64,000 bases of DNA from positions 28,748 to 92,747 of the forward strand of contig CAYMGP010000001.1 of the NCBI GenBank assembly GCA_964390045.1. The letters run 5' to 3'. Shown piece by piece: positions 34,169 through 42,552 of the stretch; within the stretch, counting starts at the first letter, position 1; the number at the start of each line of letters is the position of its first letter. The position numbers were made by a program, and so were the translations under genes. This DNA is from an uncultured Spirochaetaceae bacterium (GTDB taxonomy: Bacteria; Spirochaetota; Spirochaetia; SZUA-6; DRHE01). The notes below the pieces were generated by a model. It ran no database searches, was not told where the DNA came from, and worked only from the letters and a program-made list of their open reading frames with translations.

Positions 34169-34393
34169 TCAATCAAAGTCAGAGAGCAGGGCGGGCTGCC
34201 TTACAGGGCTCGCAGCGACCCCGGGCAGCTTGTCTGTTACCGGACAGTGCTCAGGTATCATTTCCAGCACAATGTCCAGCTCCTCTCGGCATATCATTCC
34301 GCAGCGTAGAAGAAGCTGTAGAATCTTCAGGGTGGAATCGGGATAACCTCCGCCGGCTGAAAGCTTTCGAACAGATGCACCCGGTTTTTGCAT
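34169..34393 (-). CDS. small hypothetical protein (74 aa), uncertain
   Basis: An ORF with no recognisable domain. It sits in a 340-bp gap between the URO-D-like and Gfo/Idh/MocA genes. Its coding status is unproven. Confidence 0.2.
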   Translation of the reverse strand: MQKPGASVRKLSAGGGYPDSTLKILQLLLRCGMICREELDIVLEMIPEHCPVTDKLPGVAASPVRQPALLSDFD

Positions 34394-34452
34394 ACAGAAT
34401 CCCCTTTTAGACTGATAATACTATAAATTTGTATAGTATTTTTGGGGATTCG

Positions 34453-35448
34453 TCAACCCTTTTTCAGAGGATAGCGGCCGCAGGAGCGGGCGGTTTCGAT
34501 CATTACACGAAAGTTCTCCGGCCGTACCGCGGAGGTGATGGAGTTGCCGGAGGAAAGGATGTGACCTCCGCCGGGAGAGACGGCTGCAATCAGCTCTCGA
34601 GTCGCGTGCCTGACTTCCTGCTCGCTGCCGCGGCAGAGCAAGTCGACATCCACATTGCCCACCACACAGACCCGGTCCCCGGCGCGGCTCTTTACCTCTT
34701 TGAGATCCATGCCGGCTCCCGGCTCCAGAGGTCCGATGCCGTCGATGCCCGTGCTTACGATATCTTCGAGAATCGCCAGAATATTCCCGTCTGTGTGTTT
34801 GACGCAGTAGGCCCCCGCCGCCTTGACGTTCCGAACCGCTTCCGCAAGCTCGGGCAGCACGAACTCCCTGAAAAGAGCGGGCGACATCAGGGTGCCCTCC
34901 TTGTGGGCGTAGTCATCACTGAGGATGACCACATCGACGCCCTCCTCGATCGCCAGGCGATGAAGCTCCCGGCTGTATCCGCCGACGATTCCAGCCAGTG
35001 CCCTGGCGAACTCCGGTTCGAGCAGGTAGCTTTCCAGGAGCCTCTCCATTCCGCAGAGGTACCAGCAGGCGGCAAAATCGTTCCGGGCTACGAGGACCAC
35101 GGCGCGCTTTCCCTTGAAACGGCGAACCACCTTGCGCACAGCCTTGAGTACCGGGTCCCGCCGGGGATCCGGCACGGGGAAGTCGGCCAGCTTCTCAACC
35201 CCGAGTTCCCGGCCGATCGGATGCCCGTAGGGCAGCGGCAGTATCTCCTCGGTGATGCGCCTGCGCACTCCCCAGATATCTTTGTAGCTCTTTATCACCT
35301 TGAGCAGCAGGGGTTTCAATCCGAGCAGGTACATGACTTGATTAACAGAAACCCCCTCCAGATCGAAGCGCTCGATCATGTCGAAATACCCGGAGCAGCC
35401 CAGACCGCCGATAACCTTCCAGTCGATGGCCATCTCCATCAACGGCAC
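34453..35448 (-). CDS. URO-D-family protein (methylcobamide:CoM methyltransferase MtaA-like fold), second copy
   Basis: 331 aa. C-terminal URO-D-like signature (VVGNVDVDLL, GGGHILSSGNSITSAVRPENFRVMIETAR). Confidence 0.65.
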   Translation of the reverse strand: MPLMEMAIDWKVIGGLGCSGYFDMIERFDLEGVSVNQVMYLLGLKPLLLKVIKSYKDIWGVRRRITEEILPLPYGHPIGRELGVEKLADFPVPDPRRDPVLKAVRKVVRRFKGKRAVVLVARNDFAACWYLCGMERLLESYLLEPEFARALAGIVGGYSRELHRLAIEEGVDVVILSDDYAHKEGTLMSPALFREFVLPELAEAVRNVKAAGAYCVKHTDGNILAILEDIVSTGIDGIGPLEPGAGMDLKEVKSRAGDRVCVVGNVDVDLLCRGSEQEVRHATRELIAAVSPGGGHILSSGNSITSAVRPENFRVMIETARSCGRYPLKKG

Positions 35449-35519
35449 CCTGTCCGGAGTACCTCGTTCGAGGGCTGTTAAGATTCTCTCTCGCGGTGTA
35501 ATGGCTTTCTCCTTAAAAA

Positions 35520-36797
35520 CTAAGCTTGCTCTCTGTAAAAGGCCGCGGCCATAAAGCTGACCAGAGAGTCGTTCGCATCATCCACTGCCTGCTCGTAGCC
35601 GAGCAGGCAAGAGCTCTCGATATCGAGGACACGCAGCAGACAATAAACAGCAGGCACCCCGCATACATTACGACGGTTTCCCTGCTCCACGATACCGCGA
35701 AGAAAATCCTCTGCCTTTCCCTCGAGTATCGAGTCGATCATGGCCCTGTCCTCCGTTTCGACCTGTTTGCACAGTGCGGGGCTCACGGTTACATTCTGCC
35801 CGAAGCGCTGCCCCATGTGGCTGAGGTCCACCCCCGCGATGCAGCAGACCTCGGATCCGTTCTCGGCCAGAGCAGCCTTCAGAGCGCCGATGAACTCCTC
35901 GACTTCGGGATTCTGCTGCAGCGAATCTTCAGAATGGGCGCTCTGCTGCTCGACTCCCGACGGCAGGGAGCAGAGAATGGGAACGATGCGCAGTCTCTCC
36001 TCATCACGGTACAGGTAGCGGAGAAACAGCGTCTGGAACTCGATGGAGTGCTCGCTGCGGTGGACGAACTCATCCTCGTAGAAATCGCTTTGACAGCGGC
36101 TCGAGATAGCCTCGAGGAAATTCCTGTCTGCAGGAACAACGCCGAGAGGAGTTTCAAAATCCTTGTCCGTCAGCACGAAGCTGCGGCGCGTTGGCGCGTG
36201 GGAAATACCGAGGATCACGAATGTTCGAGCGCTGCACTCCCGGGCCAGCTCAGCGTAGCTCAGGGCAAAACAAGCTCCGCCTCTGTTCAGATCTATATGA
36301 GGAGCAATCAAGCCGCACAGACTGCCCTTGGTTTTTTTTGTTTTTTGCGCCCGGGGTCGGAGGTCTGACTGCGACTCCGGCTCCGGGACAGCGGCAAACA
36401 GGGCATCCAATTGCTGCCTGCACTCCTCCGCTCCAGCCTGGTAGGACAACCCTGCGTGAGAGGCCGGGCGAACCGATGCAGCCCGGAACTCTTCGATCGC
36501 TTTCCTTCTCTGCTCTCGAAAGCGGTCCGAGTCGAGAAACAGGGCTCCGTCCAGCTGCTCTACGATCTGTTTGACCTTGTCGCTGAACACCAGATCGCCG
36601 AAGCGGCGGGTATACTCGGCTTGAATGTCGAGAATCGAATGCCTGCCGTCGAACAGGGAGACGACGAAGAACACGGGTCGGGGAAGCAGAAGCAACTTGT
36701 CGGTGAAGCCCTGAGGATCCCTGAGACAGATCATGTTGTCCCGGGTGGGAATCGCTTCTACCTGGCGGAGTTTCGGATATTCCATTCCAGGCATCAC
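35520..36797 (-). CDS. MEMO1-family (AmmeMemoRadiSam system protein B-like) protein with about 110-aa N-terminal extension
   Basis: 425 aa. MEMO motifs RPASHAGLSYQAG, GLIAPHIDLNRGG, ILGISH, GVDLSHMG. The N-terminal extension (LLLLPRPVFFVVSLFDGRHSILDIQAEYTRRFGDLVFSDKVKQIVEQLDGALFL) resembles a PqqD/RRE-like peptide-binding domain. That resemblance is tentative. Confidence 0.65.
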   Translation of the reverse strand: MMPGMEYPKLRQVEAIPTRDNMICLRDPQGFTDKLLLLPRPVFFVVSLFDGRHSILDIQAEYTRRFGDLVFSDKVKQIVEQLDGALFLDSDRFREQRRKAIEEFRAASVRPASHAGLSYQAGAEECRQQLDALFAAVPEPESQSDLRPRAQKTKKTKGSLCGLIAPHIDLNRGGACFALSYAELARECSARTFVILGISHAPTRRSFVLTDKDFETPLGVVPADRNFLEAISSRCQSDFYEDEFVHRSEHSIEFQTLFLRYLYRDEERLRIVPILCSLPSGVEQQSAHSEDSLQQNPEVEEFIGALKAALAENGSEVCCIAGVDLSHMGQRFGQNVTVSPALCKQVETEDRAMIDSILEGKAEDFLRGIVEQGNRRNVCGVPAVYCLLRVLDIESSCLLGYEQAVDDANDSLVSFMAAAFYREQA

Positions 36798-36951
36798 AAT
36801 ATTCCGAAGCTCAAGCCTTTGACAAGATTAAAAACTGTTCGCTCGGTAATATTTGCTGCCGCAACACGATCCGGGCGGCGACCTGCGCTCGCGCCCTTGT
36901 AGCGCTTAAAGCTTTCATGCTACTAGTTGAGCTCACGGATACGCTAATAAA

Positions 36952-39810
36952 ATGAAACCTGAAGAGAACTTCGCCTGGCACACGCTGCAGGTCTCGACGG
37001 TCCTCGCTCGCTTCGGCTGCAACCCGAGCGGGGGGTTGAGCTCGCAACAGGCCGCGGCCAGGCTGCAGGAGGAAGGACCGAACGAGCTGGTAGAGAAAGG
37101 GGCCAAGTCCCCTCTACATATACTGGCCGAACAGTTTGCTTCCCTCATGGTGCTGCTGCTTATTGGGGCGGCTGTGGTGTCAGGTATCGTGCTCGGAGAA
37201 TGGGAGGACGCTGCGGTTATCCTGGTGATCGTAGCGCTCAATGCTCTCCTGGGATTCTTGCAGGAGCTTCGAGCTGAACGGGCTCTGGCCGCTCTCAAGA
37301 GCCTGGCCACGCCCAAGGTCCGGGTCTTAAGGGATTCCCGGATTCAGGAAGTTGATTCCCGACAGCTGGTCAGAGGAGACATCGTTTTGGTGGAGGCGGG
37401 CAATCTTGTTCCGGCAGATTGCCGCATCCTGGAAAGCGCCAATCTCAGAGTCCAGGAATCTGCCTTGACCGGCGAGGCTGTGGCCGTGGAGAAGAATCCG
37501 GAGGTCCTCGAGGAAAACGAGCTTCCCCTCGGGGATCGACGCAACATGCTGTACATGGGCACCATTGTCACCTACGGCCGGGCGAGCGCCGTGGTTACCG
37601 CTACCGGTATGGCCAGCGAGCTGGGTACCATCGCTACCCTTCTTCAGGAAGCAAAACCCGAGCGAACCGTGCTGCAGAAAAAGCTCGCCTCCTTGAGCAT
37701 GGTTCTCGTGTTCTCCGCTCTGGCCTTGATTGCAGTCGTAGCTCTGGAGGGCTGGCTGCTCCAGGGCCAAAATCTCAAAGAGCTGTTCCTGACAGCGGTG
37801 AGTATGGCCGTGGCCGCTATTCCCGAAGGACTGCCCGCAGTGGTAACCATTGCCCTGGCCCTCGGAGCGCAGAGAATGCTGCGCCGCAGGGCTTTGATAC
37901 GCAAGCTTCCCGCCGTGGAGTCCCTGGGCTCCGTGACCGTGATCTGTTCGGACAAAACGGGTACGCTCACTCAGAACAGGATGACCGTTACCGTCCTCGA
38001 TCTGCACGACCGGCGCATCGATCTCGGCCGAGCGAGCAAAGCTGCAGCCCTGAGCGAACAGGCGGCGGACGACAGCTCGATCTGGCTGCTCCTGACAGCC
38101 GCCGCCCTGTGCAATGATGCGGTGCTCAAATCCGAAAGCCCCGGACCTGTCGTTGGAACACAGGGCAACGAAGAGTTCGAAACCCTTGGGGATCCCACCG
38201 AAGGCGCCCTGGTGGAAGCGGCAGCCAGAGCCGGTTTGATCAAACCCGCTCTCGAGAAACTGCTTCCCCGCAGCGGCGAGCTTCCCTTCGACTCGGAACG
38301 CAAGCGCATGAGCACAGCCCACCGTCTTGTCAGGCCGGATTCTGCGCCTGCGACTGCAGACCGGCAGGCTACAGCCGAATCCGTGCAGCTGCCGCGGGAC
38401 TTCGAGCATTGGCTCGAGGAAAAGGGAGCGGATACCTTGTATTTTTCCAAGGGAGCTGCCGACAGCCTGCTCGAAGTCTGCACCTCTGTATGGCGACCCT
38501 CAGGGCCGGAGCCTTTGGATGAAAGCGGGCGGGCAGTTATTGCACGCTCCAACGAAGAGCTTGCCGCGGAGGGAATCCGCGTTCTGGGGGTAGCGTTCGA
38601 GGCGGCCGGGCTCGAAGATGGCCCGCAGAGTGCATCAGGCCAACAAAGCGAGCAAAGCGAGCAGTGGGAGAAGGATCTCGTTTTTGTCGGGCTTATCGGA
38701 ATGCTCGATCCCCTGCGTACAGAGGTCAAAGAAGCTGTGGATACCTGCCGCCGGGCCGGGATACGCCCGGTGATGATCACGGGCGATCATCCCCTGATCG
38801 CCCGAACCATCGGCAGGGAGCTGGGTTTGGACAACAGCGAGCGCTTCCTCACGGGTAGAGACCTGGCCGGAATGGAAACAGAGGAGCTCGCTGGTGAAGT
38901 CGAGAATACGAGCATCTACGCCAGGGTCGCTCCGGAGCACAAGCTCAAGATCGTCGATGCCCTGCAGGAACGGGGCCACATCGTGGCCATGACGGGAGAC
39001 GGCGTCAACGACGCCCCGGCCCTCAAATCGGCAGATATCGGTGTTGCCATGGGTATTACAGGCACCGATGTATCCAAAGAGGCGGCCGCCGTGGTACTCC
39101 AGGACGACAACTTTGCCACTATCGTGTCCGCGGTGGAGGAAGGGCGCATCATATTCGACAACATCCTGCGCTTCGTCCGTTATATCCTGGCCAGCAATTG
39201 GGCGGAGATCGTGGTCATGCTGACCGCTCCGCTGATAGGCCTGCCGATTCCCCTGTTTCCTGTTCAGATCCTCTGGATGAACCTGGTTACCGACGGGCTG
39301 CCCGCCCTGGCTCTCGGTGTAGAGCCCGGAGAGATCGATGTCATGAACCGCCCGCCCCGAGAGCCGCGCCGGCCCATTCTCACGATCGACAGCGGCGTAC
39401 ATATTCTCTGGGTCGGCCTGCTGGCCGCCGCCCTGGCTCTCGGAATCGGAGCCAGGCAATTCAGCCCGGCTCTGTCTTCCGACCCCGCGGCCTGGAGAAC
39501 CATGCTGTTTACCACTCTCGTGCTGTCCCAGCTTACCCTGGCAATGGCGGAACGTTCACGGCGAAGCTCGCTGTGGCAGATCGGTTTGTTTTCCAACAAA
39601 TACATGATTGCGGCCCTGGCGATCACCTTCGTTCTCCAGATGGGCGTGATTTACCTCCCCTTTCTCCAGGGATTCTTCGAAACCACGCCCCTTACCTTCG
39701 CTCAGCTCTGTCTCTGCCTGGCCCTCAGCGGGGTTGTTTTGGTGGCCGTAGAGACTGAAAAACTCATCCAGCGGGCCGCGCGAACGAAAGCGAAATCCCG
39801 CAGAAGGTAG
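36952..39810 (+). CDS. cation-transporting P-type ATPase (Ca2+/Mg2+-type, P2 subfamily)
   Basis: 952 aa. DKTGTLT phosphorylation site, TGDHPLIA and [10 protein letters not shown] motifs, and ten predicted TM helices. Confidence 0.9.
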   Translation: MKPEENFAWHTLQVSTVLARFGCNPSGGLSSQQAAARLQEEGPNELVEKGAKSPLHILAEQFASLMVLLLIGAAVVSGIVLGEWEDAAVILVIVALNALLGFLQELRAERALAALKSLATPKVRVLRDSRIQEVDSRQLVRGDIVLVEAGNLVPADCRILESANLRVQESALTGEAVAVEKNPEVLEENELPLGDRRNMLYMGTIVTYGRASAVVTATGMASELGTIATLLQEAKPERTVLQKKLASLSMVLVFSALALIAVVALEGWLLQGQNLKELFLTAVSMAVAAIPEGLPAVVTIALALGAQRMLRRRALIRKLPAVESLGSVTVICSDKTGTLTQNRMTVTVLDLHDRRIDLGRASKAAALSEQAADDSSIWLLLTAAALCNDAVLKSESPGPVVGTQGNEEFETLGDPTEGALVEAAARAGLIKPALEKLLPRSGELPFDSERKRMSTAHRLVRPDSAPATADRQATAESVQLPRDFEHWLEEKGADTLYFSKGAADSLLEVCTSVWRPSGPEPLDESGRAVIARSNEELAAEGIRVLGVAFEAAGLEDGPQSASGQQSEQSEQWEKDLVFVGLIGMLDPLRTEVKEAVDTCRRAGIRPVMITGDHPLIARTIGRELGLDNSERFLTGRDLAGMETEELAGEVENTSIYARVAPEHKLKIVDALQERGHIVAMTGDGVNDAPALKSADIGVAMGITGTDVSKEAAAVVLQDDNFATIVSAVEEGRIIFDNILRFVRYILASNWAEIVVMLTAPLIGLPIPLFPVQILWMNLVTDGLPALALGVEPGEIDVMNRPPREPRRPILTIDSGVHILWVGLLAAALALGIGARQFSPALSSDPAAWRTMLFTTLVLSQLTLAMAERSRRSSLWQIGLFSNKYMIAALAITFVLQMGVIYLPFLQGFFETTPLTFAQLCLCLALSGVVLVAVETEKLIQRAARTKAKSRRR

Positions 39811-39818
39811 ATCCCATC

Positions 39819-40133
39819 ATGGCACAGGTAACAGTCGATGCAGGAATCTGCGGGTGTACAACCACGATCGAGGCCGTATCTTCGGACATGCGCAAGGTGC
39901 GGATCTCCTTTGATTCCGACTGTCCCCACGTGATCAAGGCAAAGGAAGAGTTCGTTTCGCTCGACGCCCGCGCCGAGTTATTTAAAAAGCCTCACGAAAC
40001 CGTGATCTATACCGTGCTGTCGAAATACCTTCCCCATACAGCCTGCCCCCTGTACTCGGGATTTCTCAAGGCAGTGGAAGTCGCGGCGGGATTGGCCTCA
40101 CCCAAAAACGCCTCGATCGAAATCTCGCGCTAG
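39819..40133 (+). CDS. small Cys-containing hypothetical protein immediately downstream of the P-type ATPase
   Basis: 104 aa, 8 bp after the ATPase stop. Cys at GICGC, DCPH and TACP. No family recognised. Confidence 0.4.
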   Translation: MAQVTVDAGICGCTTTIEAVSSDMRKVRISFDSDCPHVIKAKEEFVSLDARAELFKKPHETVIYTVLSKYLPHTACPLYSGFLKAVEVAAGLASPKNASIEISR

Positions 40134-40167
40134 CTCGTACAAACACCCTTGCCCGCCGTGGGTATCC

Positions 40168-41190
40168 GTGCCATCATGGTTCGAGATGTGCCGGGCAAAA
40201 CGACTGTTCATCATCTTTGCTTTCATCTCTCTAGCCTATCTTCCGGCAGCAGCGCTGACCCTCAAAATCGCCACGCTCGCACCGACGGGTTCTCCCTGGG
40301 TCGAATCTCTGCGCCGGCTCGCGGTGAAGTGGGACAGGATCTCCGCAGGCAGGGTGCGTGTAAAGATCTATGCGGGGGGCGTGGCAGGCGAGGAGGTGGA
40401 CATGATTCGCAAGATGCGGATCGGCCAGCTCCAAGGAGCGGCTCTGACACAAATGGGCCTGAGCCTGCTCGACCCGGCCGTGCTCGCTCTCAGCGTACCC
40501 TTCCTGATTCGCGATGAGGCGGAGCTGGATCACGTCATGGACAGGACCAGGCCCTACTTCCAGTCCAGGCTCAAGGACAGGGGCTACTACCTTATCACCT
40601 TCTCCAAGGTCGGCTGGGTGCATTTCTTCGGCCGCACAGCCCTCATCTATCCAGAGGATCTCATGCGTTTGAAGCTGGGCGTGCCGGCCGGAGACGCGGA
40701 GTTTGTAAACACCTGGCGCCTGGTAGGCTTCAATGCCTTCAGCCTGCCCTTCGGCGATCTGCTGGCAGGCCTTCAATCGGGTATGATCGACGCCTTCTAC
40801 GCACCGCCGCTGGTGGCCGCCTCCTTTCAATGGTTCGGGCCGGCGCGCCATATGTCCGCGCTGCCCATCGCCCCGGTGATCGGCGCTGTTTTAGTGACCA
40901 AACGCTTCGTCGGGCAGATTCCCGCAGAGCTGCGGGATCCATTGTTGAAAACTTTCACTGAGTTGGAGGTCGAGCTGAACCGTGGGATGCAGTCTCTCGA
41001 GGGTGAAGCCCTCGCCGCAATGAAAGCCCAAGGCCTGGAGGTCCACCCGGTACCTCCCGATGCAGCGGCTCAATGGCAGGCCCTCGGCAACCGCGGGGTC
41101 GAGGCGGTGCTCGACAAGAGCTTTCCCGAGCAGTCCTACAGTTTGATCGTCGATTCTCTCGCCGAGCTGCACGATCACAGTCCACCTTGA
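40168..41190 (+). CDS. TRAP transporter substrate-binding protein (DctP family), orphan
   Basis: 340 aa. Signal peptide and DctP-like fold (LKIATLAPTGSPWVESL). No DctQ/DctM genes are adjacent. Confidence 0.7.
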   Translation: MPSWFEMCRAKRLFIIFAFISLAYLPAAALTLKIATLAPTGSPWVESLRRLAVKWDRISAGRVRVKIYAGGVAGEEVDMIRKMRIGQLQGAALTQMGLSLLDPAVLALSVPFLIRDEAELDHVMDRTRPYFQSRLKDRGYYLITFSKVGWVHFFGRTALIYPEDLMRLKLGVPAGDAEFVNTWRLVGFNAFSLPFGDLLAGLQSGMIDAFYAPPLVAASFQWFGPARHMSALPIAPVIGAVLVTKRFVGQIPAELRDPLLKTFTELEVELNRGMQSLEGEALAAMKAQGLEVHPVPPDAAAQWQALGNRGVEAVLDKSFPEQSYSLIVDSLAELHDHSPP

Positions 41191-41254
41191 CTTCTCCGAG
41201 GCTGGATTCCATACTGAATCCGCTATCAAAGAGAGAAAGGATCTACATACAGGC

Positions 41255-42088
41255 GTGGAAGAGATACAGTGGTATTATCCGGAGAGTCTCGATCAGCTCC
41301 CCGAGCTCCTTGCCGGGGAAGGCGTTGTGCCCCACGGCGGAGGAACGGGGATCCTGCGAACAGGTTTGAAGCAGATCAAGGGCTTTGTGGATACAAGCCG
41401 TCTCGGTTTGAAGTTCCTCGAAAAAAGGAAGGATGCGATCGTGCTCGGCGCGGGTTTGAGCTACAGCGAAGCGGCCGAGGCGCTGGCCAAAGAGAACGGA
41501 CAGCACATTCTCTGCCGATCGCTGGACCGTGCAGCTACACAACCCCTGCGAAACCGCATCACCCTGGGAGGAAGCATAGCCATGTTTCCCTATTGGTCGG
41601 ATCTTGTCGGCCCCTTGCTGGCCCTCGAGGCCGAGCTTCACCTGGCGGGAAGCAAGGAGGGCAGCTGGCCCGTCAGCGACTATGCAGCCGACCGGGAGCT
41701 TCGCCGCGGCACCTTGATTTCCTCTATCCGTTTTCAGGATATCCCCTGGCGCAGCGCCTATATCCGGTATACCCGCACGCCCACAGACAGGCCGGCATTC
41801 AGCCTCAGCATGCTGAGCCGGGGCACCGAAAAACGCCTTGAAGAGATCCGCCTGGTTGTGGTGGGTTGCTCCGGCCGCTACAGGCGCCTTACCGAGATCG
41901 AGCAACGTCTGGCAGGTAAAAGCACTACAGCAGATCCCGAGGAGCTCGCCGCTACAGCGGCGCAGGCCGTAGCCGGTCTGGACCTGGAGATACCCGCCCG
42001 CATGGGATTCAGCGGCGAGTATCTCAGCCACTGCGCCAGGGTTGAGCTCGGCCGCCTGGTAGAATCCATCCTGAGGAGACCCTCATGA
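41255..42088 (+). CDS. molybdenum hydroxylase FAD-binding subunit (CoxM/XdhB-like)
   Basis: 277 aa. FAD_binding_5 pattern (YYPESLDQLPELLAGEGVVPHGGGTGIL). Confidence 0.8.
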   Translation: MEEIQWYYPESLDQLPELLAGEGVVPHGGGTGILRTGLKQIKGFVDTSRLGLKFLEKRKDAIVLGAGLSYSEAAEALAKENGQHILCRSLDRAATQPLRNRITLGGSIAMFPYWSDLVGPLLALEAELHLAGSKEGSWPVSDYAADRELRRGTLISSIRFQDIPWRSAYIRYTRTPTDRPAFSLSMLSRGTEKRLEEIRLVVVGCSGRYRRLTEIEQRLAGKSTTADPEELAATAAQAVAGLDLEIPARMGFSGEYLSHCARVELGRLVESILRRPS

Positions 42089-42552
42089 GAGGAAAAATCT
42101 ATATAAACGGTTTGCCGGCGGAAGTCGATCTGCAGGGCGGCGAGCTGCTTCTCGACGTGCTGCGCGCCCTTGGATACACCGAGGTCAAGGAAGGCTGCCG
42201 GGAAGGCGCCTGCGGTTCCTGCCTGGTACTGCTGGACGGGGTGCTGGTCAACTCCTGTCAGGTCCTGGCCGCCTCCGCTGTGGACAGGCAGATCACCACC
42301 GTTAAAGGATTGGGAACGATTCACGAGCCTCATCCGATTCAGCAGGCCTTTGTCGATACGGGAGCGGTGCAGTGCGGCTTCTGCACTCCGGGAATGATTT
42401 TGGCAGCCTTCTCCCTTTTGAAAAAAAATCCCCATCCCGAACAACAGGAGATCCGCAGAGCCCTGGACGGCAATCTCTGCCGCTGCACGGGGTATGTAAA
42501 GATCATCGAGGCGGTGAAACTGGCCGCAGAGAGGATGGCCTCCGATGGCTGA
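42085..42552 (+). CDS. molybdenum hydroxylase (2Fe-2S)-binding small subunit (CoxS/XdhC-like)
   Basis: 155 aa. Two [2Fe-2S] motifs (CREGACGSCLVLLDG; CGFCTPG...CRCTGY). Overlaps neighbours by 4 and 8 bp. Confidence 0.9.
   Translation: MRGKIYINGLPAEVDLQGGELLLDVLRALGYTEVKEGCREGACGSCLVLLDGVLVNSCQVLAASAVDRQITTVKGLGTIHEPHPIQQAFVDTGAVQCGFCTPGMILAAFSLLKKNPHPEQQEIRRALDGNLCRCTGYVKIIEAVKLAAERMASDG

Noticed and set aside
34169-34393. Possibility that the 74-aa ORF is a RiPP precursor for the adjacent MEMO/RRE-like protein
   Set aside because: The sequence has no leader/core organisation or Cys/Ser/Thr-rich core, and it is on the far side of the URO-D gene. It is kept only as a low-confidence hypothetical CDS.
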